The notes beneath the pieces are model-generated. The model had not been told where the DNA came from. It did not search any database and saw nothing but the letters and a program-made list of their open reading frames with translations. From Octopus vulgaris (Eukaryota): a DNA stretch of 64,000 bases. The DNA lies in the NCBI GenBank assembly GCA_951406725.2, contig OX597837.1:9672001-9736000 (forward strand). The letters are read 5' to 3'. A program made the position numbers and the translations under genes. Below, one piece after another: positions 15,075-30,645 of the stretch (within the stretch, counting starts at the first letter, position 1; every line of letters starts with the position of its first letter).

Positions 15075-15900
15075 TTGTAGGTATATGTATATATTTATAT
15101 ATATAATACGTGTGTGTGAGAGAAGTATACATACGAACAGTCAGAATTATTACACATACATACATAAATATGTATAAATCCTTAAAAAATCCTTTAAAAT
15201 GTTTTAGCCCGAAGGCCACGGCCATGCTGGGGCACCACCGCTGTATGCATATATATATATATTACTAAATGCACGCAAGCACCTTTGAATATATAATACA
15301 TACATATATGTGTATATCTACACACACACACACACACGTTCATACGCACAAAGAAACACACACACACACACACACTCAGAGAATCATATGAGTAAGTTTT
15401 CCGTATATCATATATATGTTCATATTCATACATATTTTGTATACATCCATGCAAATATATAGTTACATCTATATATGCATACATCTCTTCACATGTACAC
15501 ACATTCATAGGTACATATATATATATGCATATGTGGATATATATATAATTAGAAAATTATGCATATATATACATTCATGCCCTTAGTGATATATACAAAA
15601 ACAAACACATATACACACAGACACACACGCATATATCTATCTATCTATATATATATATATATACCTATGTATATGTCTGTCTGTATGTATATGCACATAA
15701 ACACACATACAAATAAATACTTGCGTTTATGAATATATACACAAAAAATCCTTATTCATACGCACGCGCATACAAGCACATAGGAGCATACATACATACA
15801 TGCAACACTTGTACAGAACCCTTTCTACACATTGTGCATATATGTGTATGCGTGTGTTTATGTATGTAGATATATGTATATCCAGAAACGTATTTACGTA

Positions 15901-15945
<45 letters not shown>

Positions 15946-16082
15946 AAATGTATGCATATATATATATATATATAATTGTATGCATCCATTAATGTCTATA
16001 TATATATATGTGTGTGTGCGTGTGCGTTGCGCGCGCGCACATACCTGTGTATGAATATATTTGTTCATATAAATATAAGAGC

Positions 16083-16129
<47 letters not shown>

Positions 16130-16291
16130 CACACAAACACACATATATATACATACATATATGTGTGTGTGTGTGTGTGTGTGTGTATGCATACAAGCCT
16201 ATGTACATGCATATGAACATAATTACCATATCTGAGTATATATATATATATATATATGCATATGTATGTAAACATATACATACGTGTATAC

Positions 16292-16336
<45 letters not shown>

Positions 16337-16645
16337 AATGTAAGTATGCATATGCATATATACACACATGTATGTATATGTATGTATTTATATATATACA
16401 TGCACACATAAAACATATATATATATGTGTGTTTGTGTGTGTATGTATGTATGTATGTATGTATACAAAGAAAACCAAAAAGATGAGAATGTTTTCTGCG
16501 CAGTCGCACACGAGACGTTTCTCCTGGGTATAAAAAGTCGCCATCAACCAAAATAGTTCTTACATTCAGATAATTAATATCTCGACTATATGAGGAGTTT
16601 CTGTCGTCATAGCTATATCATTTCCAGCAGCAGCAGTAACAGTAC

Positions 16646-16719
<74 letters not shown>

Positions 16720-17411
16720 ATATGTGTTGTGTTTTGTTGCCATTTTGGTTGTGTACAGAATGCCGTTTGGTGACGGTTGTGGTGGTAGTAGTGGTGGTGA
16801 TGGTGGCGGTGGTAGCAGTAGGGGTAGTGGTAGTGGTTGTGGTGCTAGCAGTAGTAGTAGTGGTAGTGGTTGTGGTGATAGTAGTGGTAGTGGTGGTGTT
16901 AATGATGACCTTAGCACTGTTGTTTGTGCTGGTGTTCCTTGCGTTTGTGGTGGTGATAGTAATAATGGTGGTAGTGGCGGTGCTTCTGCTGTGTGTAGTG
17001 GTGGTGGTGGTGGTGGTGGTGATGATGGTGGTGGTGGTAGTGATGGTAGTAGTGATGGTGGTGGTGATGCTAGTTGTGATTCTGGTGGTGGTAGTGGTGC
17101 TGGTGGTGCTGGTGGTGGTGGTGGTGGTGGTGGTGGTGATGCGTGTGGTGGTGGTGTTGCTGATGATGATGGTGATGGTACTGGTAGTGGTGCTGGTGCT
17201 AGTGGTCACGGTTGTAATAGTGATGGTGGTGGTGGTGGACATGGTGGTAGTGGTGCTGGTGGTGGCAATGGTGGTGGTCACGGTGCCGGTTCTGGTTCTG
17301 GCGATGGTAGCGTTGCTAACGATCGTCGATCTCGTGCTTCCCGTTGGTATGTGTCTATATGTGTGTGTATATGTGTGTGTGTGTGTGTATGTGTTGGTGT
17401 GTCTATGTTTA

Positions 17412-17592
17412 TCCTCCCACCATCACTTGACACCACCGTTGGTGTGTTTGCGTCCCTGTAACCTAGCGGTTCGACAAAAGACATCGATAGATGAAGTACT
17501 ATGCTTACAAAGAATAAGTCGTGGGGTCGATTTGTTCGATTAAAGGCGGTGCTCCAGCATGGCCGCAGTCAAAGGGCAGAAACAAGTAAAAC
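17412..17592 (+). mobile_element. SINE family A, 3' half
   Basis: CATCACTTGACA..GGTGTGTTT.CGTCCCTGTAACCTAGCGGTTCG...GCTCCAGCATGGCCGCAGTC, matching 30660-30865. Confidence 0.85.
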
Positions 17593-17601
17593 AATATACA
17601 A

Positions 17602-17660
<59 letters not shown>

Positions 17661-17992
17661 ATAAAAACATACACATGCATACACATATATACATACATAT
17701 ATGTATATAAACATGTATGTATATTTGTGTGTATATATATATACATACATATATATATGTGTGTGTGTGTATATATATGCGTATACATATGTTCATATTA
17801 TATAAATATATATACATATATACGTATATGTATTTATATACAAACATATACATAGTTATATATATGCATGTACGCACATTCTATACATGTACGTATATAT
17901 ATATATATAAAATACACATGTATAAATATATTGGTTTCATATTTATATACATATACCGACATAGAAATGTATATATACACACACACACATAC

Positions 17993-18026
<34 letters not shown>

Positions 18027-18288
18027 GTATGTATGTATCTATGCATGTATGTATGTATGTATGTATGGTTGTGTGTGTCTATGCGTGTCCATATCAGCTC
18101 GCGTCTTCCTGTCCAATTCTCTTCTGACTGGATAAAGACATAACACGTAATGCTATCATCATTTGGGAAAATATTAGTTAGAAATAATATTTCGTTGCCA
18201 TTTATGGCCACCCAAGAGGAAACTGATATAGCCAATTAATGGCACTATGGCAATAGCAGTAGTAGTAGTAGTAGTAACCGTAATAGTG

Positions 18289-18353
<65 letters not shown>

Positions 18354-18492
18354 TGTAGTAGTAGTAGCAATAGTAGTAGTAGTAGTAATGACAGCAGTAA
18401 CAGCAGCAGCAGTTTTAGTAGATGTGGTGGTGGTGGTGATGGTGGTAGTGATGGTAGTGGTGGTGGTTGTGGTGGTAGTGGCTGTTGGATGT

Positions 18493-18726
18493 AAGGCGGC
18501 GAGCTGGCAGAAACGCTAGCACTCCGGGCGAAATGCGTAGCCGTATTTCGTCTGCTGGTACGTTCTGAGTTCAAATTCAGCCGAGGTCGACTTTGCCTTT
18601 CATCCTTTCGGGGTCGATACATTAAGTACCAGTTACGCACTGGGGTCGATATAATCAACTTAATCCGTCTGTCTGTCCTTGTTTGTCTCCTCTGTGTTTA
18701 GCCCCATGTGGGTAGTAAAGAAATAG
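18493..18726 (+). mobile_element. Full-length SINE family B with LINE-like tail and 18-bp target-site duplication
   Basis: AAGGCGGCGAGCTGGCAGAA head, GAGTTCAAATT B-box-like motif, tail ...GTGGGTAGTAAAGAAATAG. TSD GTAGTGGCTGTTGGA(T/G)GT at 18475-18492 and 18727-18744. Confidence 0.92.
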
Positions 18727-18974
18727 GTAGTGGCTGTTGGAGGTGCGTTAGTTGTGCGAGTTGTGTTTTTTGTATATTTGTTTGTTTTTTTCGATTAGCC
18801 AAATGTCAGATCCTTTGATTAATCAGTGATAAGATATAAGACTTTCCAGCCGTGACATTTTCGTCTTTAATTATTGTCTTTTTAAACCGGTATGAGTATG
18901 TGATTTAAGGAAAAATTTCGCTGCCCTTTCTAACAGTTGCAACCACCTCGAAGAGGCTTACTCATTATTATTAT

Positions 18975-19029
<55 letters not shown>

Positions 19030-19049
19030 TGTAGTAGTAGTAGCAGTAG

Positions 19050-19598
19050 TTGGCATGTATTATAGTTGGTGTGTATTCTGAAGAGGGTGAGTGTGTCGAG
19101 CGACTTGGAGTACGTCCGCAGTACCACCGTCCTTTCCTCATGACATTTTATCCACTGTTTGGATGGGGCAATTTCCCACACCAACACCTTATCAGCTTTC
19201 TTTGCCATGTTTTAAGTCCCAAAAAAAGTCAAACACAAGTTTTAAAAAAATGTTCGAAGAAAAAACAAAAAAAAAGACAGTAGAAAGAAGGAAAACAGTT
19301 CAAAACAGTAGAATTCAACAAAGTACAACTCCGGCCGACAGTACTCCTGGCTTAGGGTAATCCACCAGCAGGAACGGAGCTCCACAAAGTGGTACAATTC
19401 CACGAATTTCCCAACGTTATTTTTTTTTTGGAGGTAATACACGCCCCCAAAATAATGCAATTCTCACAGCTAAGTGAGTTACTTAGCGCGACTGCAGGCA
19501 GACAAATGTCCGGAACCCAGTGACAAGTTCTTATTTGAAAAAAGAAAACCAATATCAAATAACAAAGCGCCGGTAAATCCACCTCACCACACCCAGCG
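19050..19598 (-). mobile_element. Possible 5' end (UTR plus ORF1 start) of a LINE
   Basis: Complex sequence with small hairpins, then a T-rich stretch and ATG-MAKKADKVLVWEIAPSKQWIKCHEERTVVLRTYS running into (TAG)n. Layout resembles a retrotransposon 5' end; no diagnostic domain. Confidence 0.35.
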
Positions 19599-19599
19599 T

Positions 19600-19845
19600 T
19601 ATAATCGACTTAATCCGGTTGTCTGTCCTTGTTTGTCCTCTCTGTGTTTAGCCCCTTGTGGGTAGTAAAGAAATGGGTATTTCCTCTGTTTTTACATTTT
19701 GAGATCAAATTCCGCCGGGGTCGACTTTAGCATTCGACCTTTTGGGGGCGATAAATTAAGTACCAGTTTCGTAGTGGAGTCGATCTAATCGACTAGCCCC
19801 TCCCCCCAAAATTTCGGGTCTTGCGCCTACAGTAGAAAAGATTAT
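19600..19845 (+). mobile_element. SINE family B tail joined to the internal body of a second SINE B copy
   Basis: ...GTGGGTAGTAAAGAAAT|GGGTATTTCCTCTG...CAAATTCCGCCGGGGTCGAC. Confidence 0.8.
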
Positions 19846-19866
19846 TATTATTAGTAGTAGTAGTAT

Positions 19867-19929
<63 letters not shown>

Positions 19930-20146
19930 CAGCAGCAGCAGCAGAAGCAATAGCAACAACAGCGGCAACATTTTGATGAAAATAATTCATTACAGACGAG
20001 GAGGAAAAATGATAAGGATGATGCTGGTGATAATGATACTGATGATGATGATGATGATGATGACGACGACGACGACGATGGAGATAACGATGATGATGAT
20101 GATAATGATGATGATGATGATAATGATGATGATGATGATGATGATA

Positions 20147-20208
<62 letters not shown>

Positions 20209-20939
20209 GACGACGACGACGACGACGATGGTGATAACGATGATGATAATCATCTCCTGAAAGTGGAAGTGAAACGAAATGATTTTTAAAGAGGAGAATT
20301 ATGGAAATCGCAGCTAGGAGTACTTAAGGGGGTTGGCGGGGGTTGAGCCAGGATCAAAGGGAGGAATCTTTATTAAAACAGAATAAACATTACAAAACCC
20401 CGGGATTTGCATCATTATTTATACTTATATACACACAACACACACACATGTACATACACGTAGGTGAATGCATAAGCATATATATATATATATATATATA
20501 TGTATGCATTTATATATATATATATATATATGTAAAATTATCTGCAATGGGCGGGAAGGGTTCTTATTCTATACAATTTCTAGTCTATGTATATATGTAT
20601 ATATATATATATATATATATACGTGTGTGTGAGTGTATGTACGTATGTATGCATATGTATGTAAATATATATACTCACATATATATACACACACATTTTG
20701 ATATTTATCTATAATCTATGTGCCCCTTAATGTCAACTAGTATGTGTATATATCAATATATACACGCACATATTTGTGTGTGTGTGCGTGCGTGTTTGTG
20801 TGTATGTGTGTGTGTAGAGAGAGAGAGAGAGAAGAACACGTATTAGATATATTCGTATCCATCCAGATATCTTCGTGCCCCTTTAACGACAATATACGTG
20901 TACATATACGTATATGTTATCTTCATGTAGCTCTCTCAA

Positions 20940-21013
<74 letters not shown>

Positions 21014-21153
21014 ATATATATATATATATATATATACATAGTACATGTATAAAAACTCTATTACATATGCCTGCATATAGATACACACATTTATATATGT
21101 ATACATTCATGTATATATATATAAATATATGTATATATATATGTGTATGTATG

Positions 21154-21204
<51 letters not shown>

Positions 21205-21233
21205 ATATATATACATATATATATGTATGTATG

Positions 21234-21271
<38 letters not shown>

Positions 21272-21413
21272 TATAGTTTGTTTGCGTATATATTTGTATG
21301 TACATGTATTTACTGCCGTTCAGATAAACATTATCCTATTAAGTTTTATCTCAAGTCCCCTTTTACTTGGAGTTTTAAAAAAAAAGAACAACAACAACAA
21401 CAACAACAACAAC

Positions 21414-21462
<49 letters not shown>

Positions 21463-21593
21463 GTAAACCCATAATATATAAATACATAACGCATAATAAC
21501 AATCTTAATAATGATGATAATAATAATGATAATAAAATTCTCAGATTACATCTTTATTTGAAAGCGAAAAATGAAATTTTATATCTCTCTCTA

Positions 21594-21680
<87 letters not shown>

Positions 21681-21834
21681 GTGTGTGTGTGTGTTGGAAT
21701 TCTGTTGCCATATTTTTGAAGCTTTTGGCAAATAACTTGGAAGTTTATAAAAGTTAATAAAACTTCCCATTGATATCCTTTCAAAATTTTCAAGGATTAA
21801 ACTTTTACTCTGCCTCGCTTTCGTTTGTTCGTTG

Positions 21835-21919
21835 GTCTTCTTTCTTTCTTTCTTTCTTTCTTTCTTTTTTTTCTTTCTGTCCTTCTTTCTTTCTTTCTCA
21901 TCTTGTTTTCATATATTAC

Positions 21920-21960
<41 letters not shown>

Positions 21961-22830
21961 TACACACACTGACACACACACACGCTATCTCTCTCTCTCT
22001 CTCTCTCTCTTTCACTGTCTGACTCTCCGTCTCTCTCCTCTCTCTCCTCTCTCTTTCTTTGTCTGTTTGTCTCTCCTCTTCCTCCTCTCTCTCTCTCTCT
22101 CTCTCATTATCTCTATTTCTTACAATCTCTCTCTCTCTCTTTCACTGTCTGATTCTCCATCTCTCTCCTCTCTCTCTCTTTCTCTCTCTGTTTCTCTCTC
22201 TCTCTTTGTCTCTCCTTTTCTTCTCTCTCCCTCACCCTCTCTCTCTCTCTCTCTTTCACTGTCTGACTCTCCGTCTCTCTCCTCTCTCTTTCTCTGTCTG
22301 TTTGTCTCTCCTCTTCCTCCTCTCTCTCTCTCTCTTTCTCATTATCTCTATTTCTTACAATCTCTCTCTCTCTTTCACTGTCTGATTCTCCATCTCTCTC
22401 CTCTCTCTCTCTCTTTCTCTCTCTCTGTCTCTCCTTTTCTTCTCTCTCCCTCACCCTCTCTCTCCCTCTCTCTCTTTCTCCATGTCTATGTCTGCCTCTA
22501 TCTCTATTTCTCTCATGCTCTCTCTTACACTCTCTCTATCTATAACAGACGATAGTTGTTATGTAAGTCATCCATTTCTCTTTTGCTCTCTCTTGCTATC
22601 TTTGTCTCCTTTCTCTCTTGCTCTCTCTCTACTTCCTCTCTCTGTTTCTCTCACTCTCATTCTCTCTCTCTCTCTCTCTCATTTACTCTCACTTTCTAGC
22701 AGTCGATAGTTATTCATGTCAGTCTATCTCTCTCGCACTCCCTCTCTCTCTCTCTCTCCCTCTGTCTGTCTTAGTTTCTTTTTCTCCGTCTTTCACTGTG
22801 TGGCAGACGATAGCTATTAATGCTATCCCA

Positions 22831-22885
<55 letters not shown>

Positions 22886-23083
22886 CCCCTTCTATCCATC
22901 TCTTTGTTTCTCTGACTAGCTCTCATTCTTCCTCTTTTCCTCTCTTTCATTGTGTGGCAGACGATAACTATTTATGTCGTCCATTCGTTCTCACTCTCTC
23001 TCTATCTCTTTCTCTCATTATCTCTATTTCTTACAATCTCTCTCTCGTTCTCTCTCTCCCGCATTTTTGTTCAGCTAGCTCTG

Positions 23084-23117
<34 letters not shown>

Positions 23118-23233
23118 CCTCTATCTCCCACTTTCCCTCACACTATATCTATGTCACACATTCGCCATTACTTTCTTCACAAACTCTACCTCAATCTCTC
23201 TCATTCTCCTTCATTACTCTCTCCCCCAGATTA

Positions 23234-23293
<60 letters not shown>

Positions 23294-23452
23294 GATTATT
23301 TTCTGTTATTGCTTGCTGTATTTCCTCACTCCTGGCAATCAAATTCATCCTTTCAAGTCCTTTCTATTATTTTTTTTTCTCTTATTTCCACTTTTTCTGT
23401 CCCTATCTTTAACTCCCATTCTGCATATTATTCAATCCCGTTGTCTCCGTCT

Positions 23453-23503
<51 letters not shown>

Positions 23504-23520
23504 CTATCTTCTATCTATCT
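21835..23520. repeat. (TC)n-rich polypyrimidine block with embedded ~120-bp higher-order units
   Basis: TTCACTGTCTGA(C/T)TCTCC recurs near 22011, 22141, 22255 and 22374. Confidence 0.85.
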
Positions 23521-23908
23521 TCATCAGCCATTAAACTTCTTTTCAGCCACAATTTCTTGTTCACTCACTTTTTCACTACCCCTTATCTTTCTTTCTCTTT
23601 TCCATTCCCATTCTCTTACTCCCATATCCTCCCCCCCCCCGCACATCTCCCTCTGTCCCTCATCGTATTCGATATTCACAACAATTATCTACGAATATAT
23701 ACATTCAACCAATACAGACACATAGTTATTATATATTTATATTTACTAAACACATAGGTCTGACTTATTTTTCAAAATGGATTCCAAATGATTATCGCCT
23801 TATCTAAAAGACCCTCTCTCTCTCTCTTTCCCTCTCCCTCTCTCACTATCTATCTATCTCTCCAGATATGTACATATATATATACACACACACACACATA
23901 TATGTATG

Positions 23909-23964
<56 letters not shown>

Positions 23965-24116
23965 TCTTTAGCGATATAGGTACTCATGTAGTACCCTTAT
24001 GTATATATGTACATATTTGATATTGTATGTATATATTTTATTAATGTGCCTGTACGGCTGATAATACGCTTTCCACTCGTGATGGTATTTTTATAATACA
24101 ATCCCTATATTTATAC

Positions 24117-24150
<34 letters not shown>

Positions 24151-24970
24151 CGTATCTTTATTTGTTTAATATGCACACATTTTAGACTCACTGTAAAGAA
24201 ATATGCTTGCAAAGCCGATCTACCTTAATATTTCCTGGTATTAGAGCTCCAAGAGAAGGAGAAACAAAAACCCAGCTTCTATAAACAGCGAGGTTATTAG
24301 TTTGTCGCTATTTACAGCGCATACAAACTCGGACCAAACTGGATTGTAGTGTCTAAATTGCATAAGAGTATACACGCAGAAAAAAAAAGCTAGCAGTTTC
24401 ATTCATTCCGTGGTGTTTATCATATTTAATAAATCCACCATTTTAGACTCGCTCCGAAAAAGAAACAGAAATAGAAGCAGCGTAGGTTTTGTCCCTGTAT
24501 GGATGGAAACATTGGATCTGAAAAGACTGGTTTCCTTTCTTGTAAAACTTTTTTTAGAGTAATAATGCTCTTGATCATAACATCATGCATTCGATTCCTG
24601 GACTAGTCAGCGTGATCTGCCGTTGAGCAAAGCACATTACAATTCGCTTCAGCATACTCGGGTCAAAATTTATACTGATCAGCTCTTGGTGGATGTCATA
24701 TTACCTCCAGCAGTTACGTCTTTGAAGCATCACTGTTATACCTAAATATTTAGTTCCCTTCTTTCTTTGTCCAGCTTTATAAACTCGATTTTGTTTATGG
24801 AGTGTTTCTTTGTTACAGTCATCGCTATGCATTATTCCATATATTATTTGTATAAATCTGAAATTTGTCCACTTTATTGGCGCCTTTCTATAAAAGGTTT
24901 TCCCTGTGAAAATAATCTCGTAACAATTTCAAAGTTATAATACACAAGATATATACGTGTATGTTTGTAC

Positions 24971-25056
<86 letters not shown>

Positions 25057-25081
25057 CGGTCCTTAATGTTTGTCTTCGTAG

Positions 25082-25134
<53 letters not shown>

Positions 25135-25138
<4 letters not shown>

Positions 25139-25365
25139 CCCAAAATGGGACAAGGACGCAAAACACCCAGAGAGTTAGATGATACAAAAAAGGGGCTGAA
25201 ACAAAAACAATTGCAGCGTGGAAGGTGTTTATAAGTTTATAAGCCATTTAAAAACACACAAAAATCTTTAGATTCAATTCAACATTTAAATTTAATTTGT
25301 CAAAATATATTCGTCCCTTTGAAACCGCGGCCTGTTCACTGACAAAATTCCGTGCAACATCAGAT
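25135..25365 (-). mobile_element. Short (TA)n-flanked element with a degenerate hammerhead-like fold (25296-25346)
   Basis: Minus strand TTTGTCA-GTGAACA-G-GCCGC..GGGAC-GAA-TATATTT-TGACAAA: perfect 7-bp stem I, eroded core. Confidence 0.4.
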
Positions 25366-25389
25366 AAATACATATATATATATGTTCAA

Positions 25390-25446
<57 letters not shown>

Positions 25447-25936
25447 TCAAACTTTATCCAGTTTCCATATTGTTCATAGCTAGTAGAACATCGACAGTGA
25501 TAAATTTTCCAAACGAGGTGTAGACCGCTAGGACTTCTTCAGACCAAGGTTACTTTGATTATATGAAATTTAAATTGTCTTTAGGAGATCCCGTGTTAAC
25601 TAGATTGCTATTCAATATTCGATGGGTTATAGGTTTATATACATACATATATATACACGAAATTTGACTGGTGACAGTTGGTACTTCCATCTACGGTTGT
25701 TTTCGGTGTAAGAATCGGGGAGAAAGAGACTTTGCTAAGAAATAGAAGGGAGAGAGAAATATCCTTTGAGGAGAGAGAACCGCTCAGGGCCCTTAATCTT
25801 TTCTTTCATTGCTTTATTATTATTATTCTACGGATTTTTTTATGAGTGAGAGAACAAATGAAATGTATATAAGTATATATATCTATATATATATAAACAA
25901 AAGACGAAGGCATACAATATTAGTATGGCGCTCAGG

Positions 25937-26013
<77 letters not shown>

Positions 26014-26258
26014 GACATAGATACATATTTGTATAAGTATTTGCCAAATAAAATATACTAATATCTTAAGAAAAAAAGCAATATTTTACGCATGCGCATA
26101 AATTTTTTTTCCTACTTCCTTAAAACTAACATTAATAACATGAATAATATTATTAATATTATTAATACTTTTATTATTATTATCATTATTTACTATTATT
26201 ATTATTATTATTATTATCATCATCATTACTATTATCATTATTATTATTATTATTATTA

Positions 26259-26350
<92 letters not shown>

Positions 26351-26548
26351 GTTATTATTATTATTAATCTTTATTTTATCCGACAATCCACAGGAAAGCA
26401 CAGTTAACGGAACCGAAACTTTTAATAAATTCAATATTAAAAGATAAAAAGGCGAAGACGCCATGTTGATGATGTTGCTGCTACTGTTGTGGTTATCGTC
26501 ATCGTTGTCATCATCATCATCGTCATCATCATCATCATCATCATTATT

Positions 26549-26587
<39 letters not shown>

Positions 26588-26603
26588 GTCGTCGTCATCG
26601 TCG

Positions 26604-26665
<62 letters not shown>

Positions 26666-26903
26666 GTTATTATCATCATTTCAGAGATATTGGGGATCCG
26701 TTTTTATGCACTCTAAAACATCAACGAACGCTCTTTGATGTTTTCAATATGACGTTACAAATGGCTGGCCTTATAGTCTTTTCTCCTCGTTATACTTCTA
26801 ATCTACCATATTAGTTCTCCATGACTCTCTCTCTCCCTCTTTCTCTCTCCCCCTTTCTCTCTCCCCCTCTCTATCTAGCTATCTGTCTGTCTATCTACCA
26901 ATC

Positions 26904-26948
<45 letters not shown>

Positions 26949-26979
26949 ATCTATCTGTCTATCTATCTATCTATCTATC

Positions 26980-27018
<39 letters not shown>

Positions 27019-27839
27019 ATGTATATGTATATATGCGCGTGTGCATGTGTTTATGTATATATACGTGTGTGTGTGGGTGGGTGTTAAACTATTGTATGTC
27101 TGTCTATCTGTCTATCTTTCAATCTATCAATCTATACATATATATATATGTCTGTGTGTGTATGTATGTGTGTGTGCGTAAACCTATTGTTTGCCTATCT
27201 CTATATGTATCCACTTATCTATCTATGCATCTACCTGTCTATCTATCTATCTATCCATATATCTGCCTATCTATCTATATACTTGTCTATTTATCTATGT
27301 ATTCATCTCTCTAATTATCTAACTATCCACCTATCAATCTATCTATTTATCTACTTATATATCTATCTATCTGCCTGCCAACTTACCAAACTCCCAACCT
27401 ACTTACCTACCTATGTACCTACCTGCCCACCTATTTACCTATCTACATATCTACCTACCTATCTATCTACCTATCTACCTAAACAGTTGTCAAGCTCTTT
27501 GGTTTCCAACCTGTTTACCTGTCTATATGTTCATCAATCTCAATGTCTGTCTTTTCAGTCTATATTTGTATCAAGCAATTTTCCGATGTGACTATGAGGT
27601 CTCCGTATCATTATCTACCACAGTATCAATCTGTCAGACTACATAACTATCTATTTATACATCCATCTATAAATCTCTCACGCTATATGCTTCCCTCTTT
27701 ACATGTCTATATATTTATCCATTTACTTGTCCACCATCCTCCTCTATCTGCACTTGTAGCTAAGAAGCCGGTTTGCTCAGTCCGATGTGTCTATCTATCC
27801 ATCCATCTATCTAGCTATCAATCTCTATCTATCTATCTG

Positions 27840-27888
<49 letters not shown>

Positions 27889-27906
27889 TTATCTATTATC
27901 AATCTA

Positions 27907-27959
<53 letters not shown>

Positions 27960-28141
27960 ATGTGTGTGTATGTATTTATATATATATATACATATATGCA
28001 TGTATATAGATAAATAGATAGATACATACATACATACATAGATGAGTAGATAAAGAGAGGGAGAGAGGGAGAGAGAGAGAGAGAGGGGGAGAGGGAGAGA
28101 GAGAGAGAGGGAGAGAGAGAAAAAGAGCGAGATTTATATAG

Positions 28142-28172
<31 letters not shown>

Positions 28173-28286
28173 CATTTTCATCTGTATCTCACCACACTTC
28201 TTTTGTCCCTAAAATATGATTCTTTCTATTTACATATTTCTTTTGATTTTCCTTGTATTTCTCTTCCACCCTCTCTCTCTCTCTCT

Positions 28287-28421
<135 letters not shown>

Positions 28422-28434
28422 TATATATATATAT

Positions 28435-28503
<69 letters not shown>

Positions 28504-29034
28504 CATATTTATATATATATGTATATAGTTTTTATTTATTATTTATATATACGAACGTGTGTGCAGAACGTTTGAACCTACCTGGTTTTCTCGACGTGCG
28601 TCTTGCGAGTACGCATGCGTCTTCCCGCTTTTGACTCTATAATACATCTATAAGCCTGTGTTGTTTTCTCCCTTTATTGAAAGCGTACACGGCGCTATAA
28701 TTACTTATTTAATATAATACCGTCTTCTATGTTTCATATTCATATAATCGAGATATGATCAACAGATTCTTTTGGACGTCCATACTCTCTTCACGATGAA
28801 TGTATAATGAACAAACAGAATGTCTTTTCCTCTTTATGAGCTGCTACTTTCAAACGCTTTCCCTGAGCTATATTCCATTAATTAGCTCCGTCTGGACTTT
28901 GCCGACATCTTTCTCGCGAAGAGTTTCAATCTTCGCGAGTGCGGTGATTTGCTTTTCCTTTTTATGTAGCAGCTTTATTTTCATATATATACATTTATGC
29001 AGACATAGGCATACATTCATGTGTGCATATATGC

Positions 29035-29155
<121 letters not shown>

Positions 29156-29172
29156 CATATTTATATAATATT

Positions 29173-29212
<40 letters not shown>

Positions 29213-29223
29213 TCTCTCTCTCT

Positions 29224-29297
<74 letters not shown>

Positions 29298-30439
29298 CAT
29301 ATATATATATGTACACACACACATATATATATATATACGTATATATATACATATATATTCATAAATATACATATATATATAAATATGTATATTTACACAG
29401 ATATACATGAAAATATATATTCATTTATGTATATACATAAATGTGTTTGTATATATACATATATACAGACATATATATGTGTGTATGTATATATATGTGT
29501 GTTTGTGTGTGTGTAATGATATACATATATGTATAATTTGCAAACGCATATATACATGTTTGCATGAATATGTGTTTACATATCCATCTACACACATACA
29601 AACATATACACACAAACAAACATATACACACAAACAAACATATACACACATACACACACACACACACAGATATGCATACACACATATATTTGCACACATA
29701 CATACATATGCGTACGTACTTGCTTAAGAATTTACATAGATACAGAATGGAACAAGAAACAAAATCTGGAAATAAATTCTTTCGAAATGAAATCTCTGAA
29801 GCAAAACTCAAACATCACCAGAACATAAACGTCAGCCGAAATAATTCGTTTCGTTATTTCAAATAATTTCATAAAATTAAAATTGGTTCCTTCTTCCGTC
29901 GGTGGATGTCATTGCCATCGGACATATTCTAAATAATATATTTCGGTGTCGGTCTAAATAATATATTTCGGTGACAGGTAAATTATTTGATCTAAGACTG
30001 CGTGTTGAAACTAAAATAATTACAGCGTGGACGACACGTATCCGCCATTCCAAAAGTTGCACAAAGAATGATCTCTTCGCTTAAATATTTATTATATAGT
30101 AAATGGAATGGAGGTACCGCAGTTGGTGTGACGAAAACTTTGACACCAAATAATAAATGCTTAAGTGAAGTTAACACTTTTGGAATAGCTGCTATGCGTC
30201 TTCCATACTATAATTGTCATAAAAACACATAGATACACACACAAGTATACATATACACACACGCACAAACACGCCGATTTCTTTTCCTTCTCTGGACTTT
30301 CTCCTTTCTCCTTTCCGACGAATCTTCAAGCTCCCTCATTTCACAAACTGCCGAGATAATACACTTCCTGTGCACGTCGTCATGTTGTCCGTTTTTATTC
30401 GCTTTTTCATTCGTTCATATGAATTAACTATATATATAA

Positions 30440-30603
30440 GCGCAGGAGTGGCTGTGTGGTAAGTAGCTTGCTTACCAACCACATGGTTCCGGGTTCAGTC
30501 CCACTGCGTGGCACCTTGGGCAAGTGTCTTCTACTATAGCCTCGGGCCAGCCAAAGCCTTGTGAGTGGATTTGGTAGACGGAAACAGAAAGAAGCCCGTT
30601 GTA

Positions 30604-30645
<42 letters not shown>

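Noticed and set aside
16724-17461. Gly/Ser-rich ORF resembling a structural protein with a signal peptide
   Set aside because: Built from degenerate (GGT/AGT)n, open in several frames and running into (TG)n and a SINE.
25520-25550. CTGAAGAAGTCC-tagc-GGTC on the minus strand (also CTGATGA at 38524)
   Set aside because: No properly placed GAAA, stem III and stem I; too eroded to call a hammerhead.
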